Shown here one piece after another: positions 11,041-22,382 of a DNA stretch of 64,000 nucleotides (position 1 is its first letter; the number at the start of each line of letters is the position of its first letter). This DNA is from SAR116 cluster bacterium AG-313-A07. Its GTDB lineage: Bacteria > Pseudomonadota > Alphaproteobacteria > Thalassobaculales > Thalassobaculaceae. The stretch lies in contig QBVV01000005.1 in NCBI GenBank assembly GCA_003284265.1, positions 500 to 64,499 on the forward strand, given 5' to 3'. The position numbers and the translations under genes were made by a program. The notes beneath the pieces were generated by a model. The model ran no database searches. It saw only the letters and a program-made list of their open reading frames with translations, and had not been told where the DNA came from.

Positions 11041-12060
11041 GTGGTAGTTCAGAAAAATTGGCAAGCTCTAATAAAGCCCAGTAATCTCGATGTTCAGCCG
11101 GGTAGTGACCCCGGGAGAACGGCGGTAGTTATAGCCGAACCATTGGAGCGTGGGTACGGTCTCACTTTAGGAAACGGCCTAAGACGTATTTTGTTATCAT
11201 CGTTGCAGGGAGCTGCAGTAACATCGGTGCAAATCGATGGTATTCTGCATGAGTTTACTACCATTCCCGGCGTGAGAGAAGATGTTACCGATGTTGTTCT
11301 AAATGTTAAGTCAATGGCACTTAGAATGGATGGTGATGGCCCAAAGAAGATGAGACTTAAGGCAACTGGACCTGGTGAAGTGACAGCAGGCATGATCGAA
11401 ACCGGTGCTGATATCGAGATCATTAATACTGATTTGGTGATTTGCGCTCTGGACAAAGGCGCCACATTATCAATGGAGTTCACAGTTGAAACTGGAAAAG
11501 GCTACGTTGCGGCAAATTCTAATAGAAGTGAGGAGGCACCAATAGGGCTCATTCCTGTTGATGCTGTGTTCAGTCCTGTCCGTCAGGTCACTTATAAGGT
11601 TGAAAATACGAGGGTTGGGCAAGTAACAGACTTTGATAAGCTAACATTAGATTTGGAAACAGACGGATCGATGACACCTGAGGATGCGATAGCTTATGCC
11701 GCAAGAATCCTTCAGGACCAACTGCAACTCTTTATAAATTTTGAAGAGCCCAATCAATCAGTTGAGAAAGACGAAGCCAAAGAGCTACCTTTTAATCGTA
11801 ATTTACTTCGAAAAGTTGACGAGCTAGAACTATCGGTAAGATCAGCCAATTGCCTGAAAAACGATAACATCGTATATATTGGTGATTTGGTGCAGAAAAG
11901 TGAGCCGGAAATGCTTCGAACACCAAACTTTGGCCGTAAAAGTTTGAATGAAATAAAAGAAGTCCTAGGAACAATGGGATTGTCCTTAGGGATGGACGTC
12001 GTGGATTGGCCGCCAGAAAATATAGAAGAATTGGCTCGCCGAATTGAGGAACCATTTTAG
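11041..12060 (+). CDS. rpoA: DNA-directed RNA polymerase alpha subunit (GTG start)
   Basis: 339 aa with [10 protein letters not shown] near the N-terminus and an alpha-CTD ([11 protein letters not shown]). Confidence 0.97.
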   Translation: MVVQKNWQALIKPSNLDVQPGSDPGRTAVVIAEPLERGYGLTLGNGLRRILLSSLQGAAVTSVQIDGILHEFTTIPGVREDVTDVVLNVKSMALRMDGDGPKKMRLKATGPGEVTAGMIETGADIEIINTDLVICALDKGATLSMEFTVETGKGYVAANSNRSEEAPIGLIPVDAVFSPVRQVTYKVENTRVGQVTDFDKLTLDLETDGSMTPEDAIAYAARILQDQLQLFINFEEPNQSVEKDEAKELPFNRNLLRKVDELELSVRSANCLKNDNIVYIGDLVQKSEPEMLRTPNFGRKSLNEIKEVLGTMGLSLGMDVVDWPPENIEELARRIEEPF

Positions 12061-12107
12061 GCTTTAGATCTAAAAAAAAAGTATGATATTTAAATAGGAG
12101 CAGTGTA

Positions 12108-12545
12108 ATGCGTCATGGTAAGGCGAGACGCCGGTTGAATAGAACATCTAGTCATAGGAAAGCTATGTTCCAAAATATGGCAAATGCGCTGATAAAGCAT
12201 GAGCAAATTGTTACAACACTGCCAAAAGCAAAAGACTTACGTGGGGTGGTTGAAAAACTTATAACGTTAGGAAAGAGAGACACATTGCACGCTCGAAGGC
12301 TGGTTTTCTCAAGACTACGTGATCAAGGAATGACGAAAAAGTTGTTTGATACACTAGGGGTTCGTTATAAAGAAAGACATGGTGGGTACACACGAGTGCT
12401 AAAAGCGGGATTTAGATACGGGGATAGCGCTCCAATGGCCGTTATTGAACTTGTGGATAGAGACGAGGATGCGCGTGGCTTGGATTCTGGGCCAATATTG
12501 ATGGCTGAGGATGAAGATGCCGCGGCGATGCCAGCAGCTATCTAA
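12108..12545 (+). CDS. rplQ: 50S ribosomal protein L17
   Basis: 145 aa starting [20 protein letters not shown]. Confidence 0.95.
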   Translation: MRHGKARRRLNRTSSHRKAMFQNMANALIKHEQIVTTLPKAKDLRGVVEKLITLGKRDTLHARRLVFSRLRDQGMTKKLFDTLGVRYKERHGGYTRVLKAGFRYGDSAPMAVIELVDRDEDARGLDSGPILMAEDEDAAAMPAAI

Positions 12546-12558
12546 AAAAGGATATGAT

Positions 12559-12645
12559 CTCCCTGACAGGGAGCCTGTTTTGAATGAAAGATGAGCGTGC
12601 ATGAGACTATCTCCTTGCAAACATCGTGAGATAGACCACTTTTGA
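12559..12645 (+). terminator. Two weak hairpins after rplQ (possible operon terminator region)
   Basis: Hairpin 1 is CTCCC-tgaca-GGGAG (12559-12573), followed by CCTGTTTT. Hairpin 2 is CTATCTC (12607-12613) paired with GAGATAG (12628-12634), followed by ACCACTTTTG. Stems are short, so this is a tentative call. Confidence 0.35.
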
Positions 12646-12671
12646 TTATGAGATGCCGTTAGTTTTGGGAA

Positions 12672-14171
12672 ATGAGAAAACCATCATACTCTCACGAAAG
12701 ATTTAGTTCGAACGGGAAGGGTGCAAATACCCGTTACCTTTGTTGCTTAATATCCAAAATCTACGAAAATGTTATCAGACTAGCGTTCTTCTCTTTTTTC
12801 ATGATTGTGATTTGCAGCCCAAGCCTAGCATCCAACATCCCTACTTCAAAAAAACAGATCCAACTTAGTTTTGCACCATTAGTTAAGCAAACTGGTCCTG
12901 CGGTTGTAAATATTTTTGCCAAAACAGAATCACAAAATCAAAATATTTCACCTCTTTTTGTGGATCCATTCTTTCGGCAATTTTTTGGAGATATTTTTTC
13001 GGATAGACCGCGTCGTCGAAGTCAACAATCCCTCGGTTCAGGTGTGATAGTTGATGAAGATGGCCACATTGTCACTAACAATCATGTTATAAAAAATGCT
13101 AGTGAAGTTAGAATTGTATTATCAGACCGCCGGCAGTTTAATGCAAAAATTCTACTTACTAATGAGCAAACAGATTTAGCAATTTTAAAGATCAATGCTG
13201 GCAAAGAAAAGCTCCCATATATCAAGATGCGTGACTCGGATACGATAAATGTTGGTGATTTAGTCTTAGCAATTGGAAACCCTTTTGGTGTTGGCCAGAC
13301 GGTGACAAGTGGGATCATTTCAGCATTAGCTCGGACGGCTATTGGTATAACAGATTATAGTTTTTTCATCCAAACGGACGCATCCATCAACCCTGGGAAT
13401 TCTGGGGGCGCATTAATAGCCATGGATGGAACTTTGATTGGTATCAATACAGCTATCTTTAGTAATAAAGGGGGCAGTGGAGGTTCTGTTGGTATCGGTT
13501 TTGCTGTGCCGTCAAATATGGTACAAACAGTCGTGAACTCGGCGAAGAAAGGTCGGCTAACATTTCCTTGGTTAGGTGCCACCAGCCAAACTATAAGTTC
13601 CGACCTCGCTGTCGAATTTGGGTTGGAAAAACCTACTGGTGTAGTGATAAATGATATCTTTCCAGATAGTCCGGCGGATGTCGCGGGATTATTGATAGGG
13701 GATGTTTTGCTCAGCGTTGGTGGAAAAATAATAAAAGATACTGATGCGTTACGATATAGAATTGCAACGCTACCATTAGGGAACACCGCTGTTGCAAAAA
13801 TCCGTAGGAAAGGGAAACTACTTGAAGTAGGAATAGTATTAGAAGGGCCACCTGATTTTCCTAAACCGGATATACTAGACATAACAGGAAATAACCCATT
13901 CAATGGCGCCAGAGTTGCTAATTTGTCTCCAGCCTTCGCTTTGAGAGAGAATCTCAATGATATGGGGCGTGGTGTGGTAGTTTTAGGTCGGCAGCGTGGT
14001 AGTTTTGCTGAGGGGTTAGGTCTGCGTAGAGAGGATATTTTAGTTAAAGTAAATGGAAGATCGATAAAAACAGTCGATGATCTTAGAAAAGCATTGCGTA
14101 AGCAAAGAAGTAAATGGAAGATTTCAATCAAGCGAGGAAATAAAATACTGCGGACAGAAATACCAGGTTAA
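12672..14171 (+). CDS. Periplasmic serine endoprotease, DegP/HtrA family (two PDZ domains)
   Basis: Catalytic contexts VTNNHV, DLAILK and GNSGGAL. The hydrophobic signal-like segment begins only about residue 35, so the start codon is uncertain. Confidence 0.85.
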   Translation: MRKPSYSHERFSSNGKGANTRYLCCLISKIYENVIRLAFFSFFMIVICSPSLASNIPTSKKQIQLSFAPLVKQTGPAVVNIFAKTESQNQNISPLFVDPFFRQFFGDIFSDRPRRRSQQSLGSGVIVDEDGHIVTNNHVIKNASEVRIVLSDRRQFNAKILLTNEQTDLAILKINAGKEKLPYIKMRDSDTINVGDLVLAIGNPFGVGQTVTSGIISALARTAIGITDYSFFIQTDASINPGNSGGALIAMDGTLIGINTAIFSNKGGSGGSVGIGFAVPSNMVQTVVNSAKKGRLTFPWLGATSQTISSDLAVEFGLEKPTGVVINDIFPDSPADVAGLLIGDVLLSVGGKIIKDTDALRYRIATLPLGNTAVAKIRRKGKLLEVGIVLEGPPDFPKPDILDITGNNPFNGARVANLSPAFALRENLNDMGRGVVVLGRQRGSFAEGLGLRREDILVKVNGRSIKTVDDLRKALRKQRSKWKISIKRGNKILRTEIPG

Positions 14172-14175
14172 TCAT

Positions 14176-15471
14176 ATGAATTCTCTATTTGAGACAAATA
14201 TCTCGCAACCATTGGCGGAACGACTCCGGCCCAAAAGTATAGGTCAGATCGTTGGACAAGAGCACGTATTGAGCGCGGATGCTCCTATTGGACGTATGAT
14301 AGCTCAGAAAAGAGTTTCGTCGATGATTTTATGGGGGCCGCCTGGGTGTGGTAAAACTACTTTGGCACGACTGATTTGTGATCATGTAGATGCGGTATTT
14401 GAGCAATTGTCGGCAGTATTCTCTGGTGTAACCGAGCTTCGCAAAGCTTTTGACAGAGCGGATAAGAGAAGAGAAATTGGGCAGAGAACCCTTTTATTTA
14501 TTGATGAAATTCATCGCTTTAATAAAGCACAACAAGATAGCTTTCTTCCATATGTAGAAAATGGCACTATAATCTTAGTTGGAGCGACAACCGAAAACCC
14601 TTCCTTCGAGCTCAACTCGGCAATCCTATCCCGGTGTCAAGTTTTCGTTTTGCATAGAATCAGCGAGGAAGCTCTAGAAACACTGATTCAGAAAGCGGAG
14701 AAAAATGAAGGAAGAGTTCTTCCTGTAACCGAAAAAGCTCGTGAAAGTCTTAAATTAATGGCCGATGGTGATGGTAGGTTTTTACTCAACATGATCGAGG
14801 AACTCTTTTTTCTGCCATCCGGCACGCAACTTGACACTGATGATTTGACCACTGCTATCAATAAGCGCTCTCCTATTTACGATAAAAGTAAGGATCAACA
14901 TTTCAATCTAATAAGCGCCTTGCACAAATCCTTGAGGGGATCGGACCCAGATGCAGCACTTTATTGGCTGGCCCGTATGTTGAATGGGGGAGAAGATAAG
15001 TCGTATATTTTAAGAAGACTAGTGCGATTTGCATCAGAGGATATTGGGTTAGCTGATCCTAATGCAATAGCGCACTCGCTGGCTTGTTGGGACTCTTATA
15101 CAAGATTAGGATCACCTGAGGGGGACTTAACAATTGCTCAGTGTGTCATCTATTTAGCAACCGCACCAAAGTCTAATTCAGTATACAAGGCTTTAAACCT
15201 TGCTAGAATTAGTGCAGAAAAAACGGGTTCTTTATCTCCGCCAAATCATATATTAAATGCGCCGACTAAACTGATGGAAAGCCTGGGGTATGGTACTGAG
15301 TACCAATACGATCATGACAATGAACATGGTTTGTCGGGGCAGAAATACTTCCCGGATCATTTAACCCCTCAGAAATTTTACTGGCCTGTTGAACGTGGTT
15401 TTGAGCGGGAACTAATTAAAAGAATTTCTTATTGGGATAAATTACGTCAGACTAAAAAAAGTAGTTTATGA
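14176..15471 (+). CDS. rarA: Replication-associated recombination protein A (AAA+ ATPase RarA/MgsA)
   Basis: Start trimmed to the ATG at 14176 (MNSLFE...LAERLRP); the track ORF from 14077 overlaps degP. Walker A is GPPGCGKTT and Walker B is [11 protein letters not shown]. Confidence 0.9.
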   Translation: MNSLFETNISQPLAERLRPKSIGQIVGQEHVLSADAPIGRMIAQKRVSSMILWGPPGCGKTTLARLICDHVDAVFEQLSAVFSGVTELRKAFDRADKRREIGQRTLLFIDEIHRFNKAQQDSFLPYVENGTIILVGATTENPSFELNSAILSRCQVFVLHRISEEALETLIQKAEKNEGRVLPVTEKARESLKLMADGDGRFLLNMIEELFFLPSGTQLDTDDLTTAINKRSPIYDKSKDQHFNLISALHKSLRGSDPDAALYWLARMLNGGEDKSYILRRLVRFASEDIGLADPNAIAHSLACWDSYTRLGSPEGDLTIAQCVIYLATAPKSNSVYKALNLARISAEKTGSLSPPNHILNAPTKLMESLGYGTEYQYDHDNEHGLSGQKYFPDHLTPQKFYWPVERGFERELIKRISYWDKLRQTKKSSL

Positions 15472-16340
15472 CTTATTTTGATAAATTCATAGGAATAGAT
15501 TGGTCGGGTGCCAAGGGATCAAAGCAAGGTGGATTGCAAATCGCTGTTGCTGAACCTAATAATGACGTTCCAAAACTTATATTGCCAAACGATGGTAATT
15601 TATGGGGTCGGGATGACGTTTTTTTATGGTTGTCAGAAATTATAAAAAGAGAACGAGCTTTGATAGGGTTCGACTTCGCTTTTGGCTACCCTCATTACGA
15701 TTTAGGGTGTTATTTCCCAGGGATGAATAAAAATCCCGCTAACATTTTCGGTTTGTGGAAACTAATTGATAAGACCTGTAAGGGGGCGTCAAATTTTTAT
15801 GGAGGATCCTTTTATGAAAGAAAAGAGCTTCCGTTTCATAAATATTTTCTTTCCCCATATGGGAAAGGTCAGTTATATTTTCCAAGAAAACGGATTACGG
15901 AACTTTTTTGTAAAAAAGCAACAGCACCTCATCCGACTATGAAGTGCATCGGTCCTGCAAATGTTGGTACGGGTTCTTTGGCAGGAATGCGTTTTCTTTA
16001 TAAGCTTAAAAAAAGCCTTGATAAAGAAATAGCAATTTGGCCATTTGAGAAAAAAAGGGGTCACTCGGTTGCTGTTGAGATATTCCCACGGCTTTACTTT
16101 AAGCAATCCGGGACCAATCCGAAAAACTGGCAAGATCAAGAGATGATAAATAATGCATTGAGATATTTTGACTCTAAGCCGATACCGCAAGATTGGAAGC
16201 CAAAGCGAGAGGATGAGCCAGATGCCCTAGTATCGGCAGCGGCACTCAGAAGTTTAGCATCAAACCCAGCCATGTGGTCGGCTCCGGATGATTACTCTTC
16301 AGAGGTGAAACTTGAAGGTTGGATATTTGGTGTCACATAG
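15468..16340 (+). CDS. Conserved hypothetical protein, DUF429-like (predicted RNase H-fold protein); function unknown
   Basis: 290 aa with an N-terminal FIGIDWSGAKG and a C-terminal EDEPDALVSAAALRSLA. This pattern resembles DUF429 as I remember it. Its ATG overlaps the rarA stop (ATGA at 15468-15471). Confidence 0.45.
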   Translation: MTYFDKFIGIDWSGAKGSKQGGLQIAVAEPNNDVPKLILPNDGNLWGRDDVFLWLSEIIKRERALIGFDFAFGYPHYDLGCYFPGMNKNPANIFGLWKLIDKTCKGASNFYGGSFYERKELPFHKYFLSPYGKGQLYFPRKRITELFCKKATAPHPTMKCIGPANVGTGSLAGMRFLYKLKKSLDKEIAIWPFEKKRGHSVAVEIFPRLYFKQSGTNPKNWQDQEMINNALRYFDSKPIPQDWKPKREDEPDALVSAAALRSLASNPAMWSAPDDYSSEVKLEGWIFGVT

Positions 16341-16352
16341 AAGGTTAATCTT

Positions 16353-16733
16353 ATGAAAGTTCTCTTAGCGGTTGCTATTGGTGGGGCAATCGGTGCAATT
16401 GCTCGTTTTCAACTATCTCAATCATTTATTAAAAGTTCTAGTGGGGATTTTATTTACAATATACTAGTAGCAAATATCGTAGGCTGTTTTTTGATGGGGG
16501 TTTGCTACGAGTTTATGAATTTAAAAATGAATGTTGGTGTAGAGTGGCGGGCCTTCTTTATGGTTGGTGTTTTGGGTGCTTTTACAACTTTTTCCAGTTT
16601 TGCTCTAGATGTCTTTATCCTAGTGGAGCGTGGAAGTTACTTGAATGCAAGCATGTATATTTTGTCGTCGGTCGTATTTTCCATCGTTGGCCTATTCGTG
16701 GGTATTTATATCATGAGAACTATAATCACATGA
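16353..16733 (+). CDS. crcB: Fluoride ion channel CrcB/FluC
   Basis: 126 aa with four hydrophobic helices and a GAFTTFSSF motif. Confidence 0.9.
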   Translation: MKVLLAVAIGGAIGAIARFQLSQSFIKSSSGDFIYNILVANIVGCFLMGVCYEFMNLKMNVGVEWRAFFMVGVLGAFTTFSSFALDVFILVERGSYLNASMYILSSVVFSIVGLFVGIYIMRTIIT

Positions 16734-17734
16734 CTGAAGTACGTTTAATGCGTGTTTCACCAGATGATGTGGGACTGAGGTTGGATCGATGGTTTGGAAG
16801 ATATTTTCCAAAAGTTGGTTATGGGGCTCTCCAAAAGCTGTTAAGGACTGGGCAGGTGAGGGTAGATGGTAGAAGAGCAAAACCAAATTATAGATTGAGT
16901 GATGGGGAAACTATTAGAATACCCCCACTTGATAAGGTGCCTTCTATAAGAAAGCCCGAATGGAAAGAAAAACGAAATAATCGGATCGACAGTGCTTTGG
17001 AGCAATTACTGAAGAATTCAATCCTTCACATGGACGAGGAGGTTCTTGCTATTTATAAGCCGCCTGGAATTCCTGTTCAGGGAGGCACGGGAGCTACAAA
17101 ACATATAGACGGTGCTCTTGATGCTCTAAGATTCGGGTTAGATCAGAGGCCCCGGCTGGTCCATAGATTGGACAAAGATACATCTGGCGTGCTTTTGTTA
17201 GGGCGAAGTAGACAGGCGGCCAGCTGGCTTACCCGTGCTTTTAGAGACCAAACCGCTAATAAAACTTATTGGGGGATAGTAGTTGGTGATCTCCGGCCTT
17301 CAATGGGGAGAATTGATCTTTCGATATCAAAATTACCCGGAAAGCACGGCGAGAAAATGATGATAGATAGAAAAGAAGGTCAACGCGCTGTATCCGATTA
17401 TGCTATAATCGAGAAGCTTGGTAAACGTGCCTCCTGGATTGCTTTGCGTCCTCGAACTGGAAGAACCCATCAGCTTAGAGTGCACATGACTGCCCTAGGA
17501 ACACCAATTCTTGGTGACGGAAAATATGGTGGTGAAGGAGCTTTTTTAGAATCGGATGGGTTGTCCCGGAAATTGCATTTACATGCCCGTGATATCTGTC
17601 TCCCACGTCCCAATGGGGAACAACTTTTTGTTGAAGCAGTTTTACCCGAACATATGGTGAAATCATGGAACATTTTAGGGTTTGATATAAAAAGTTACAA
17701 TGATCCTTTTCTCGATGAATCCCATCAAAAATGA
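16730..17734 (+). CDS. rluC: RluA-family 23S rRNA pseudouridine synthase with N-terminal S4 domain (RluC/RluD-like)
   Basis: Start trimmed to the ATG at 16730, which overlaps the crcB stop (ATGA). The track ORF from 16502 runs inside crcB. Catalytic motif HRLDKDTSGVLLLG. Confidence 0.85.
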   Translation: MTEVRLMRVSPDDVGLRLDRWFGRYFPKVGYGALQKLLRTGQVRVDGRRAKPNYRLSDGETIRIPPLDKVPSIRKPEWKEKRNNRIDSALEQLLKNSILHMDEEVLAIYKPPGIPVQGGTGATKHIDGALDALRFGLDQRPRLVHRLDKDTSGVLLLGRSRQAASWLTRAFRDQTANKTYWGIVVGDLRPSMGRIDLSISKLPGKHGEKMMIDRKEGQRAVSDYAIIEKLGKRASWIALRPRTGRTHQLRVHMTALGTPILGDGKYGGEGAFLESDGLSRKLHLHARDICLPRPNGEQLFVEAVLPEHMVKSWNILGFDIKSYNDPFLDESHQK

Positions 17735-17794
17735 TTAGAGCTGGCATCAGTTGTTGTTTTTTTAAGATTTATAGTTGGCAAAAAAGGAAGGAAA

Positions 17795-18490
17795 TTGAAG
17801 AGATTTTATGAAACAGTAACAGTGGAGAAGGCTGAAGACTATTTCACTGTTGCCCTTGACGGAAGACCTATGCGCACTCCTGGTATGAATGCGCTTTCGC
17901 TGACGACTGAAAAACTTGCAAATGGTATTGCCTTGGAGTGGAGACAACAGGACGCCACTATTAAGCCAGATAAAATGCCACTTATGTCATTGGCGGCGAC
18001 CGCAATTGATAGAGTTGCGCCGCAGAAAATGGAGGTTGTTACGTCGGTTGTTGCTTATGGAGAGACAGATTTACTCTGCTACCGTGCCTTTGAACCAGAA
18101 GAACTAGTAGCGCGCCAGAATAACAAATGGCAACCTTTATTAGACTGGGCAAAGAAAGCGATCGGCGCAGAATTACACGTCACTGGCGGTATTATGCCGC
18201 TAGAACAACCGTTGAAATCGATAAAAGCAATTCGCGATAAAATAACTCATTATAATGCCTTTAATCTTACTGGATTGCATGAGTTGACTGCAATTTCAGG
18301 ATCCGTAATTATAGGTCTAGCTGTAATGGAAGACCATATTGATGTTAACGAAGGTGTTCAAGCCGCACAACTTGATGGTCTCTATCAGCTTGAACGTTGG
18401 GGAGACGATCCCGAATTAATGTTAACGTTGCAGAATTCCCGACAAGAAATGGTGGACGTTTTTAATTTTATTGCTTTACTGAAAGTGTAG
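17795..18490 (+). CDS. ATP12-family F1-ATPase assembly chaperone (TTG start)
   Basis: 231 aa. KRFYETVTV...LDGRPMRTP...LANGIALEW...MPLMSLAATAID matches the ATP12 family pattern. Confidence 0.85.
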   Translation: MKRFYETVTVEKAEDYFTVALDGRPMRTPGMNALSLTTEKLANGIALEWRQQDATIKPDKMPLMSLAATAIDRVAPQKMEVVTSVVAYGETDLLCYRAFEPEELVARQNNKWQPLLDWAKKAIGAELHVTGGIMPLEQPLKSIKAIRDKITHYNAFNLTGLHELTAISGSVIIGLAVMEDHIDVNEGVQAAQLDGLYQLERWGDDPELMLTLQNSRQEMVDVFNFIALLKV

Positions 18491-18568
18491 AGTGAAAATA
18501 ATTAAAGAAGTGTATATGATTTAGGCCCATAGGCACTTTTGATGAATTTTGAGATACGGTGGTTTGAA

Positions 18569-20101
18569 ATGCAAGATATCATAGCGAGTTTAGAAGCGAA
18601 AAGAGAGGAAGCTCGTGAGGGTGGTGGTAAACGTCGTATCGATGCCCAGCATAAAAAAGGAAAGCTGACAGCTCGCGAACGAATAGATGTTCTCTTTGAT
18701 GAAGGTTCGTTTGAAGAATGGGATATGTTTGTCGAACACCGGTGTAATGATTTTGGAATGGCCTCAGAAAAGATACCTGGGGATGGAGTGGTCACAGGTT
18801 TTGGCACCATAAATGGACGCCTGAGTTTTGTGTTTAGCCAGGACTTCACAGTTTTTGGTGGCGCTTTATCAGAGGCCCACGCAGAAAAAATTTGCAAAAT
18901 CATGGATCAGGCAATGAAGGTTGGGGCGCCAGTGATAGGATTAAATGACTCAGGGGGAGCTAGAATACAAGAAGGTGTCGCGTCACTTGGTGGATACGCT
19001 GAAGTTTTTCAGCGAAACGTTCTCGCATCGGGAGTAGTGCCTCAAATTTCTATGGTTATGGGTCCGTGTGCTGGTGGCGCCGTTTATTCTCCGGCAATGA
19101 CAGATTTTATTTTCATGGTACAGGATAGTTCTTATATGTTTGTAACGGGTCCGGATGTAGTAAAGACGGTAACTCATGAGACTGTTACGCATGAAGAACT
19201 GGGAGGGGCCACAACGCATTCCAGCAAATCTGGTGTTGCAGACTTATCATTTGAGAATGATGTCGAGGCATTATTTCAACTTCGGCGTTTTATGGATTTT
19301 TTACCAAGTTCCAATAAAGAACAGCCACCAACCAGGGAGACAGTAGACCCGGCAGAAAGACCTGAGCCATCCTTGAATACCCTAATTCCCAATAACGCGA
19401 ATAAGCCGTATGATATGAGAGAGCTTGTTTTGAAGGTGGTAGATGAGGAAGATTTTTTTGAAATTCAGCCCAATTTTGCAGCTAACATTCTGATTGGCTT
19501 TGGGCGCCTTCAAGGTTCAACCATAGGAATTGTTGCAAATCAACCCATGGTTCTAGCTGGGTGCCTGGATATAGACTCATCAAAAAAAGCGGCCCGCTTT
19601 GTGAGGTTTTGTGATTGTTTCAATATACCGATACTAACACTGGTTGATGTGCCCGGTTTTCTTCCTGGGACCCAACAAGAGTTCAATGGTATTATAAAAC
19701 ATGGTGCAAAATTACTATTTGCTTATGCTGAGGCGACCGTCCCGAAGGTAACGGTAATAACGCGAAAAGCCTATGGTGGTGCCTATGATGTAATGAGTTC
19801 CAAGCATCTTCGTGGCGATGTTAATTTTGCGTGGCCAACAGCAGAAATAGCAGTAATGGGAGCGAAGGGTGCGGTAGAGATAATTTTTAGGGCTGACTTG
19901 GGTGATGAGGAGAAAATAGCATCCCGAACGGGAGAGTATGCGGAAAAGTTCGCTAACCCCTTCGTTGCGGGCGCGCGCGGTTATATTGACGATATTATAA
20001 TGCCTCAAAATACTAGAAGTCGATTAGCAAGAGCATTTGCTATGCTTAAAAACAAGCAATTGGAAAATCCTTGGAAAAAACATGACAATATACCACTTTA
20101 A
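18569..20101 (+). CDS. pccB: Propionyl-CoA carboxylase beta chain / methylmalonyl-CoA carboxyltransferase family
   Basis: Carboxyltransferase domains throughout. The N-terminus (MQDII...[22 protein letters not shown]) is typical of PccB. The start is taken at the ATG at 18569 rather than the TTG at 18539. Confidence 0.85.
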   Translation: MQDIIASLEAKREEAREGGGKRRIDAQHKKGKLTARERIDVLFDEGSFEEWDMFVEHRCNDFGMASEKIPGDGVVTGFGTINGRLSFVFSQDFTVFGGALSEAHAEKICKIMDQAMKVGAPVIGLNDSGGARIQEGVASLGGYAEVFQRNVLASGVVPQISMVMGPCAGGAVYSPAMTDFIFMVQDSSYMFVTGPDVVKTVTHETVTHEELGGATTHSSKSGVADLSFENDVEALFQLRRFMDFLPSSNKEQPPTRETVDPAERPEPSLNTLIPNNANKPYDMRELVLKVVDEEDFFEIQPNFAANILIGFGRLQGSTIGIVANQPMVLAGCLDIDSSKKAARFVRFCDCFNIPILTLVDVPGFLPGTQQEFNGIIKHGAKLLFAYAEATVPKVTVITRKAYGGAYDVMSSKHLRGDVNFAWPTAEIAVMGAKGAVEIIFRADLGDEEKIASRTGEYAEKFANPFVAGARGYIDDIIMPQNTRSRLARAFAMLKNKQLENPWKKHDNIPL

Positions 20102-20127
20102 ACAAATCCATTAATATAGGAGACGTT

Positions 20128-20934
20128 TTGGCTAATTTAACGATAAACGAACACCGGGTGGAATATAGTAGTTTTGATATAACACCGGCATGGAAAGACG
20201 GCTCAACATGTATAATGTTCATTCATGGTATTGGTGCGGATAGAAATATTTGGGACGATTGGCTGCCATTTCTAACAGGCGATTATTCTATTATTGCGAT
20301 AGACCTTCCGGGACATGGAAAATCAGAAGCTTTGAATTTAAAACAAGCTTTAACTTTTGACTTTTATCATGAGATCATAGCTTCGGTTGCGGCGAAGGAA
20401 AATAAAACTAATCTCATTTTGGTAGGCGAGTCTATGGGTGGTACGATAGCTCTTTACGCTGCAAGCAAGATGCATGGCCAAGTAAAAGCTGTGGCGACTT
20501 GCTCAACAGCACACCGAGGGGGAAGCCTTCAACATGTGAATGCATGGCACAACCAAATTGAAAGCCATGGCATTGAAGCCTGGTCACTAGATATGTTGGA
20601 AAAACGATTTTTTCCTAATTCCACTTCGGATGCCATTCGCGATTGGTTTCACAAAACACAGTGTAACAGTGACTCAAACAGTATTTTGCAAATGGCAAGT
20701 CTTTTGGTGACCAGTGATCTAACGACAGAGCTAGATAAGATCCTAGCCCCTGTATTATTGATGCAACCCGACTCTAGCCCATTTATACCGCTCGATATAC
20801 CAATTGAGTTGAAGGATCTATTACCCACGGGCCAACTCAAGTTAATCCCTAAGGCACGACACGGTATAGCATGTAGTCATTCAGAGGATTGCGCGCTGGA
20901 AACGCAAAGGTTTTTAAACTCAGCTCAAGTTTAA
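20128..20934 (+). CDS. Alpha/beta-fold hydrolase (TTG start)
   Basis: 268 aa with a nucleophile elbow GESMGG and HG-type oxyanion motif (FIHGIG). AGGAG lies 5 nt upstream of the TTG. Confidence 0.8.
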   Translation: MANLTINEHRVEYSSFDITPAWKDGSTCIMFIHGIGADRNIWDDWLPFLTGDYSIIAIDLPGHGKSEALNLKQALTFDFYHEIIASVAAKENKTNLILVGESMGGTIALYAASKMHGQVKAVATCSTAHRGGSLQHVNAWHNQIESHGIEAWSLDMLEKRFFPNSTSDAIRDWFHKTQCNSDSNSILQMASLLVTSDLTTELDKILAPVLLMQPDSSPFIPLDIPIELKDLLPTGQLKLIPKARHGIACSHSEDCALETQRFLNSAQV

Positions 20935-20988
20935 GTCTGATAATTAAAAGCTGCTATTTGTTTAATGTAATTTTTAAGTCTTATTGTA

Positions 20989-21420
20989 TTACTTTCGTGG
21001 GATAGCATTTCGGGCTAATTCGTCGACAAGCTCGTTGTCTGCGTATCCCGCATGCCCTTTTACCCAATGCCAATCAATCGAATGTGATCCCATAGCATTC
21101 TCTAAGCGCTGCCAAAGATCAACATTTTTGACGGGTTTCTTATTGGCAGTTTTCCAGCCGCGAGCCTTCCAACCTTGTATCCATTTTGTAATGCCATCTC
21201 TAACATAAACGCTATCGGTATATAGTTCTACCTGAACGGGACGTTTGAGAGATTCTAGCGCTCTTATGGCCGCCATCATTTCCATTCTATTATTGGTTGT
21301 TTCTAATTCTCCTCCAGATAACTGCTTTTCAGTGTCGCCGTATCTTAACAAAGCGCCCCATCCACCGGGACCCGGATTTCCACTACATGCCCCATCTGTA
21401 AAAATTACTACTTTACTCAC
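20989..21420 (-). CDS. rnhA: Ribonuclease HI (GTG start)
   Basis: 143 aa containing [17 protein letters not shown] and TNNRMEMMA. Its start overlaps the thrB stop (GTGA). Confidence 0.93.
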   Translation of the reverse strand: MSKVVIFTDGACSGNPGPGGWGALLRYGDTEKQLSGGELETTNNRMEMMAAIRALESLKRPVQVELYTDSVYVRDGITKWIQGWKARGWKTANKKPVKNVDLWQRLENAMGSHSIDWHWVKGHAGYADNELVDELARNAIPRK

Positions 21421-22382
21421 ACTATAAATCCATATTGTTTAGGGCTTTCTACTTGTTGATGAAAATTTAACTTTTTTAGGTAACTCATGGGGTCTTTCGG
21501 TTGAACGAGAGCATCATCCGGGTGGTTCAGCCAATCGTAAAGCCGTGTTAGCAAAAAGCGAATAGCGCTACCTCGAACTAGCACCTGAAAATATGCTATT
21601 TCGTTTGACGATAATGGACGTTGCGTCTGATATGCGTCCACCAACGCTTTGGACTTTTCTGCGTTAAAAGTCTCATCAGAATCAAAGCACCATGCATTTA
21701 TGCTAGTGGCCAAATCGTAAGCAAGAAAATCAGTGCATGCAAAATAAAAGTCTATTATTCCTGATAAGACGTCATCCAGAAAAAAGACATTATCGGGGAA
21801 TAAATCGGCATGAATAATGCCCATTGGTAAACCTTTAGGCCAATTTGTTTCCAACCAATTTATTTCTTCGTTCAATTCATTATAGAGCTTGATGTAAATA
21901 GGTTTGTTCAGAAGATCACATGAATCAAGAAGTGGTCGCCATTGCTTTACGCTGAGCGAGTTTTCTCTATGGATTTTAAAGTTATTCCCGGCTCTATGAA
22001 GCTTTGCCATGGACACCCCTAACGCTTTGCAATGAGCTACAGTTATCACTTTAGGGGAGGCGCCTTCTAAAAAAGTGACTATTGCAGCAGGTCGCCCGTT
22101 AAGGTCATTGAGGACCCTGCCGTCCTTTTTCTCTACCGGGACAGGACAAACAAAATTATTTTCTGATAAATGACCCAATAAACCAAGAAAAAAGGGTAAG
22201 TCTTCTGGGTTAACCCTTTTTTCATATAATGTAAGAATGAATTGACCTTCTGTTGTTTGAACGAGAAAGTTTGAGTTTTCGACGCCCTCAGCTATTTCTG
22301 AAAAAGATATTAAATCGCCGAGACTGTACTGGGATAGAAATCCACGCAATTCCGTATTATTTATTTTAGTATAAACAGCCAT
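21417..22382 (-). CDS. thrB: Homoserine kinase, type II (APH/choline-kinase fold ThrB of alphaproteobacteria)
   Basis: 321 aa starting MAVYTKI, with [10 protein letters not shown] and the kinase motif [13 protein letters not shown]. Confidence 0.87.
   Translation of the reverse strand: MAVYTKINNTELRGFLSQYSLGDLISFSEIAEGVENSNFLVQTTEGQFILTLYEKRVNPEDLPFFLGLLGHLSENNFVCPVPVEKKDGRVLNDLNGRPAAIVTFLEGASPKVITVAHCKALGVSMAKLHRAGNNFKIHRENSLSVKQWRPLLDSCDLLNKPIYIKLYNELNEEINWLETNWPKGLPMGIIHADLFPDNVFFLDDVLSGIIDFYFACTDFLAYDLATSINAWCFDSDETFNAEKSKALVDAYQTQRPLSSNEIAYFQVLVRGSAIRFLLTRLYDWLNHPDDALVQPKDPMSYLKKLNFHQQVESPKQYGFIV

Noticed and set aside
13355-14131. 258-aa ORF antisense to the DegP-like protease gene (strikingly long for this GC content)
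   Set aside because: In this antisense frame a stop requires sense-strand xxT/C-TAx or xxT-CAx junctions. That means Tyr, His or Gln preceded by particular wobble bases. This part of DegP is very poor in Tyr, His and Gln, which explains the stop-free shadow frame. The translated product is low-complexity, with no motif.
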